64,000 bases of DNA from Azolla caroliniana. Lineage: Eukaryota > Plantae > Polypodiophyta. Under the pieces are notes generated by a model. That model was not told the DNA's origin. It searched no databases and saw only the letters and a list, made by a program, of their open reading frames with translations. The first letter of the stretch is position 1. Every line of letters starts with the position of its first letter. Below, piece by piece: positions 59,571 to 64,000 of the stretch. The position numbers were made by a program, and so were the translations under genes. The DNA lies in the NCBI GenBank assembly GCA_043228905.1, contig JBHGNT010000001.1, forward strand, positions 2,046,001 through 2,110,000. The letters are read 5' to 3'.

Positions 59571-59790
59571 TTTAAATGATGAATCAACGCATCATGTGAA
59601 GACTATTAATCTAATTAATTTAGCCATTGCGGCTGCTATGATGGTTACATCAACCCAACAAATTGGCAATAGAAAGTGTCTACTCTCATGACAACAAAGA
59701 TCACCAATATGTATATATATTATGTGGACTCATATACATATTTGTACCTCTTTATGAAATATCAAAATAGTAACTACCCAAAAAATGGTA

Positions 59791-62700
59791 TCATCCAGCT
59801 GAGTGAAGAGAACCTCCATCTGAATGACCAGAATTTTGTTGTTTGGAACCACCAATAGAGTCCTCAAATTCTATCACTTGCTTCTCAAGTATAACTATAC
59901 TCTCTCTGATGTGTCGTGTGAACCCTTCCTCAAGTTTCTCTTTCAAATCTTTAAGCTTCTCCGTCATGTTGTTCCTTGCTTGAGTTGGCACATCAATAAC
60001 TTCCCTCAACAACTTTTCTGTCCGATAAATTAACGAATCCGCTTGATTCTTCGCATCTACAGCATCCCTTCTCTTGTGATCTTCTTTGCTGAAGATTTCT
60101 GCTTCTTGAAGCATCCTCTCTACCTAAAAGACAATAAAGTTATTAGTGATAGCCAAATCATCCTATTTATAGCATATTATCAAAGCATAGATTTCAGAAC
60201 CATAGCCAAACCTCCATCAAATTGAGATTATGCTTATAACATCTATGCTTTCATCATAAAAATTGCCAAACTACTCTCGAATTAATTAAGCCTCCCCATG
60301 AATTGACAAACTTCTCTCAAATTTAGCCCCTATCCAAAACATGTTAAAAAATATAGACCTCACTAAAAAAATAGCAAAATATCACACCTCATCTTTTGGG
60401 AGTGTACTTGCACCAGTTATAGTGATATCTTGTTCTTTACCAGTCTCTTTGTCTATTGCACTGACAGAGAGTATCCCATTTGCATCAATATCAAATGTCA
60501 CCTCGATTTGTGGAACACCTCTTGGAGCCGATGGGATATCATCTAATCTAATGCTTGCAAGCCTTTTGTTGTCCTTAATGAATTCACGCTCACCTTCAAA
60601 TACACTAATCTCAACGGTGGTCTGCCCATCGACAGCAGTCGAGAAGACTGAAGATTTTTTTGTGGGCAATGTTGTATTCCTTGGTATGATTTTTTCCATT
60701 ACTCCACCAAGTGTTTCTACACCAAGGGACAATGGCATAACATCAAGTAGCACAATATCGCTTATTTCACCAGCTAAAACCCCAGCCTGTACGCATCCAT
60801 CCAGATAATAGAAATCATCTTCAATGACCAGAACTCACAAGAAAACCAGTTATATGGCCACACCACAAAAGCACAATAAAAACACTTAAACTAATGACTT
60901 GAAGCATTCACCTCCACAACAACAAACTATTATTTTACCAAAGACCCCACAATCGAAACCATCCATCTAGACGAAAAGTAAACTATGTCTTATGCACAAA
61001 ATCCATCTAGACATAAAACATTAAGAGCTGAATATAATTTCAGGAAAAAATGATCATATTTCCTTATCTGCAAAATACAGTTATATGACATATTTCACCA
61101 CAAACCTGCACAGCAGCTCCTAAGGCCACTACTTCATCTGGATTGACCATCATATTAGGCTCCCTCTTAGTAAACCTCCGGACAATTTGTTGTATTGATG
61201 GAATTCTTGTTGAGCCTCCAACTAAGATCACTTCGTCTATCTGGTTGTGTTCAAGTCTTGCATTTTCGACTGCGATTTCAACTGGTTTTCGGCATCTACA
61301 TTGAAGCAATTAGAAATCAAAGAAGGATCTTATGCATTAATTGGACAGCTTGATATCACAAAACACCCACATTCAATACACTAGAAATAAAAAGAAAACT
61401 GTTTTGCATACATTTGACAGTTTGATATTCATGATACATGTTCAGAAAACTGTTTTTACAAGCACTGGAGACATGCAATTTGCAAAATCTAATTAAAATT
61501 TTGAAAATGTTTATATGAGCAGCCCAGGAAGAATTGACATAGAGAGATTTGACACAACCTGTCCAGCAGATGCGAACAAATTTCCTCAAATTTTGCTCTA
61601 GTAAGAACGGTATCAATATGCTTTGGCCCATCAGCAGTTGTAGTAGTGATAAAGGGCAAACTGAAAGCCAACAGTAAAACACCGCAACACACTATTAGGA
61701 TTTCTTTCTTTTAAAAGACCTGCAGATTGCCATACAACATACTGACTAATGCAGATCACTTCTCTTTTTAGAAAACATAAAAAGCAGATTGCCTTTGCGC
61801 ACAACAGTGTAGATATTTTGCAAAATGTGAAAGGGCAGATTGGTTTTCATCAATACAGGCTAAAATAAGAAAGCAGATTGCTTTACATCACATACATGAA
61901 AAACACAGATTGACTTTTACACCTAACGTAAGAAAGCAGATTGCATTTGGAGATTGCCTTTGGCACTGGATCTATGAAAAAGCAGATTTGATTTCACCGC
62001 TTTCCACCAGGTGGGTAGAAAAAGTAGTTCTGTTTTTTTACCAGAGATGAATAAAGTTGTCATATACCAGATGGTGGTTTGTGTAAGCACTGATAGCTCG
62101 ATCTTTGCCTTCTCTGCTGCCTCGAGAACCCTCACTAGAGCTTGCTTATCATTGCGAATGTCTATCCCTTCCTTCTCCTCGAAACTAGCAGCAAGCCAGT
62201 CCACAATGCACTTCAAAAACAGCATGTTTACACACACATGAGCACTTCATCAGAAATATCACCCATAAAATATAGATCTGTTGAAATTTTGGCTCAAAAG
62301 TGGAATGCCAACAACCAGCTCCAAAATCTACTGTATGATCGCAACACAGCATATACCTTATCGAAATCATCGCCTCCTAGATGCATATCTCCAGCTGTCG
62401 ATAACACCTCAAATACTCCTCCTTTCACTCTCAACACTGTAAATAGATATCTTTTTCTCCATTACTGAATAGAATTTAAGAAAGAGACTCCATAACAAAG
62501 TAATCCCTAAATCTCTAGTTTGATCTATTCTACTATATATGTTCTAACCCTCAACAGTATAAAGATTCTCAGTATAAAGATTCTTCCACGTAACTTGATT
62601 GAGGATAGAAACAAAGCAATACCTTAATCTCTACTTTACTGTATCAATACCTGAAACATCAAAAGTTCCTCCTCCCAGATCATATACGAGAATAATTTCA

Positions 62701-64000
62701 TCATCTTTCTTCTTTCTATGCAATCCATATGCTAATGAAGCAGCTGTGGGCTCATTGATGATTCTCAACACTTCTAAACCAGCAATCCGACCTGCATCTT
62801 TTGTTGCCCTTCTTTGAGAATCTGTGAAGTATGCTGGCACTGTGATCACAGCTTTCCGAACTCTCTCATTTAGATACTTTGAAGAATCATGCACAAGCTT
62901 TCTTAAAATCTATATACAAAGGAAACAAATCAATACACACGTTTCCCAAAAATATGCAAAAGTGAATTATAGTTTTCATCAAATCTACTTTAAGAAATTA
63001 TACAGAGATTCTAACAACAAATTCAAAATGATCAAGATATATGCCACGTGACAATATTATTAGCAATTATGAACTTATTCACCCAATCAAATTGCATGCC
63101 AATATAACCAGAGCCTTAAAAATTCAATGCAATGAAAGGCAATTGCTCTTCATAAAAAACCATATTCAATGGCAAGTCCTATTAGAATGGAATTATGTAC
63201 TAAAAATGCATGCATAATACTATTATCAGATCGTGACGGAGAGTCAATACAATGGACGAGTCGTGTGAGTAAGTGGACAAATTCATCTGGAAATCAAAGC
63301 ACTAAACTATGTCGAATTGAACATCAAATGCCAGTATTATAACATGAAAACATGATGGACTTGATTGTAAACTCGAATGAAATGATAATAGTTTATTGAT
63401 CAAGATTCTCTTTCATGAAATAATAGACCATTTCAATGCCAGAAATTATAGGATCGCACAAAGTCGAATGCCAAACGTTATTATTGATCAAACAAACCAT
63501 AATGGACTACTAATAACCTGGGCAGAGATCTCCTCTGGAGAGAGTAACTTGCTAAGTGCTGGGACTGAAAACCTGACATTCCCCTTCTCATCAGGAACTA
63601 CATTGAAAGGCACCCTCGATATCTCATCCTGAACCTCGTCCATTGTCCGGCCAATGAATCGCTTGATACCGAAAAATGTGTTCTCTGGATTAATGGCTGC
63701 TTGCCTCTTAGCAACAAGCCCTAATAACAGGTGGTGATTAAACTCAAACTCACCATCACCATCATGATCATCCTTCTTTTTCTTTTCTTCACCAATACTA
63801 GTGGTGGTGCCATCATCATGCTGCTTTTTTCCAACACTACCATCATCATGATGCAATATTTTCTTGTATGCAACGACAGAAGGGGTCATTCTCTGCCCTT
63901 CCACATTCGGAATGACAACTGGGCGACCACCCTCAAGGGCAGCAATGAGCGAGAAAGTGGTGCCCAAATCGATGCCAACCACTTTCTCGCCATCACCCAG
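59791..64000 (-). CDS. HSP70: Divergent plastid-type (stromal) HSP70/DnaK; 5' end lies beyond the window
   Basis: Exons >64000-63518, 62909-62651, 62436-62357, 62210-62068, 61660-61559, 61295-61106, 60786-60388, 60123-59791. Motifs [64 protein letters not shown] and [14 protein letters not shown] (plastid/cyanobacterial type). Confidence 0.93.

Overview
Eukaryotic, intron-rich land-plant genomic DNA. A fern or other seed-free plant is plausible from the element types and composition, but this is inference only. Seven host genes were assembled by hand from GT-AG junctions: SDE2 (+), a GPI-type A1 aspartic protease (+), a uclacyanin-like phytocyanin (+), tafazzin (-), thylakoid cyclophilin CYP28 (+), an unusual EB1 C-terminal-domain-only gene (+) and a divergent plastid-type HSP70 (-, 5' end outside the window). 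Positions 15458-33032 hold three nested LTR retrotransposons: a decayed Copia, containing a Ty3/Gypsy, containing an intact Copia. Each has its own target-site duplication (TSD) and LTR pairs with no substitutions seen by eye. The Gypsy has a tRNA-Trp primer site, a 4-bp TSD and a predicted -1 frameshift (GGAUUUUUAG) placed after the protease. Also present are a solo LTR, LINE fragments, an inverted duplication of the SDE2 promoter, and ERSE-like (CCAAT-N9-CCAC) modules in two promoters. All calls come from reading the sequence; no database searches were run.
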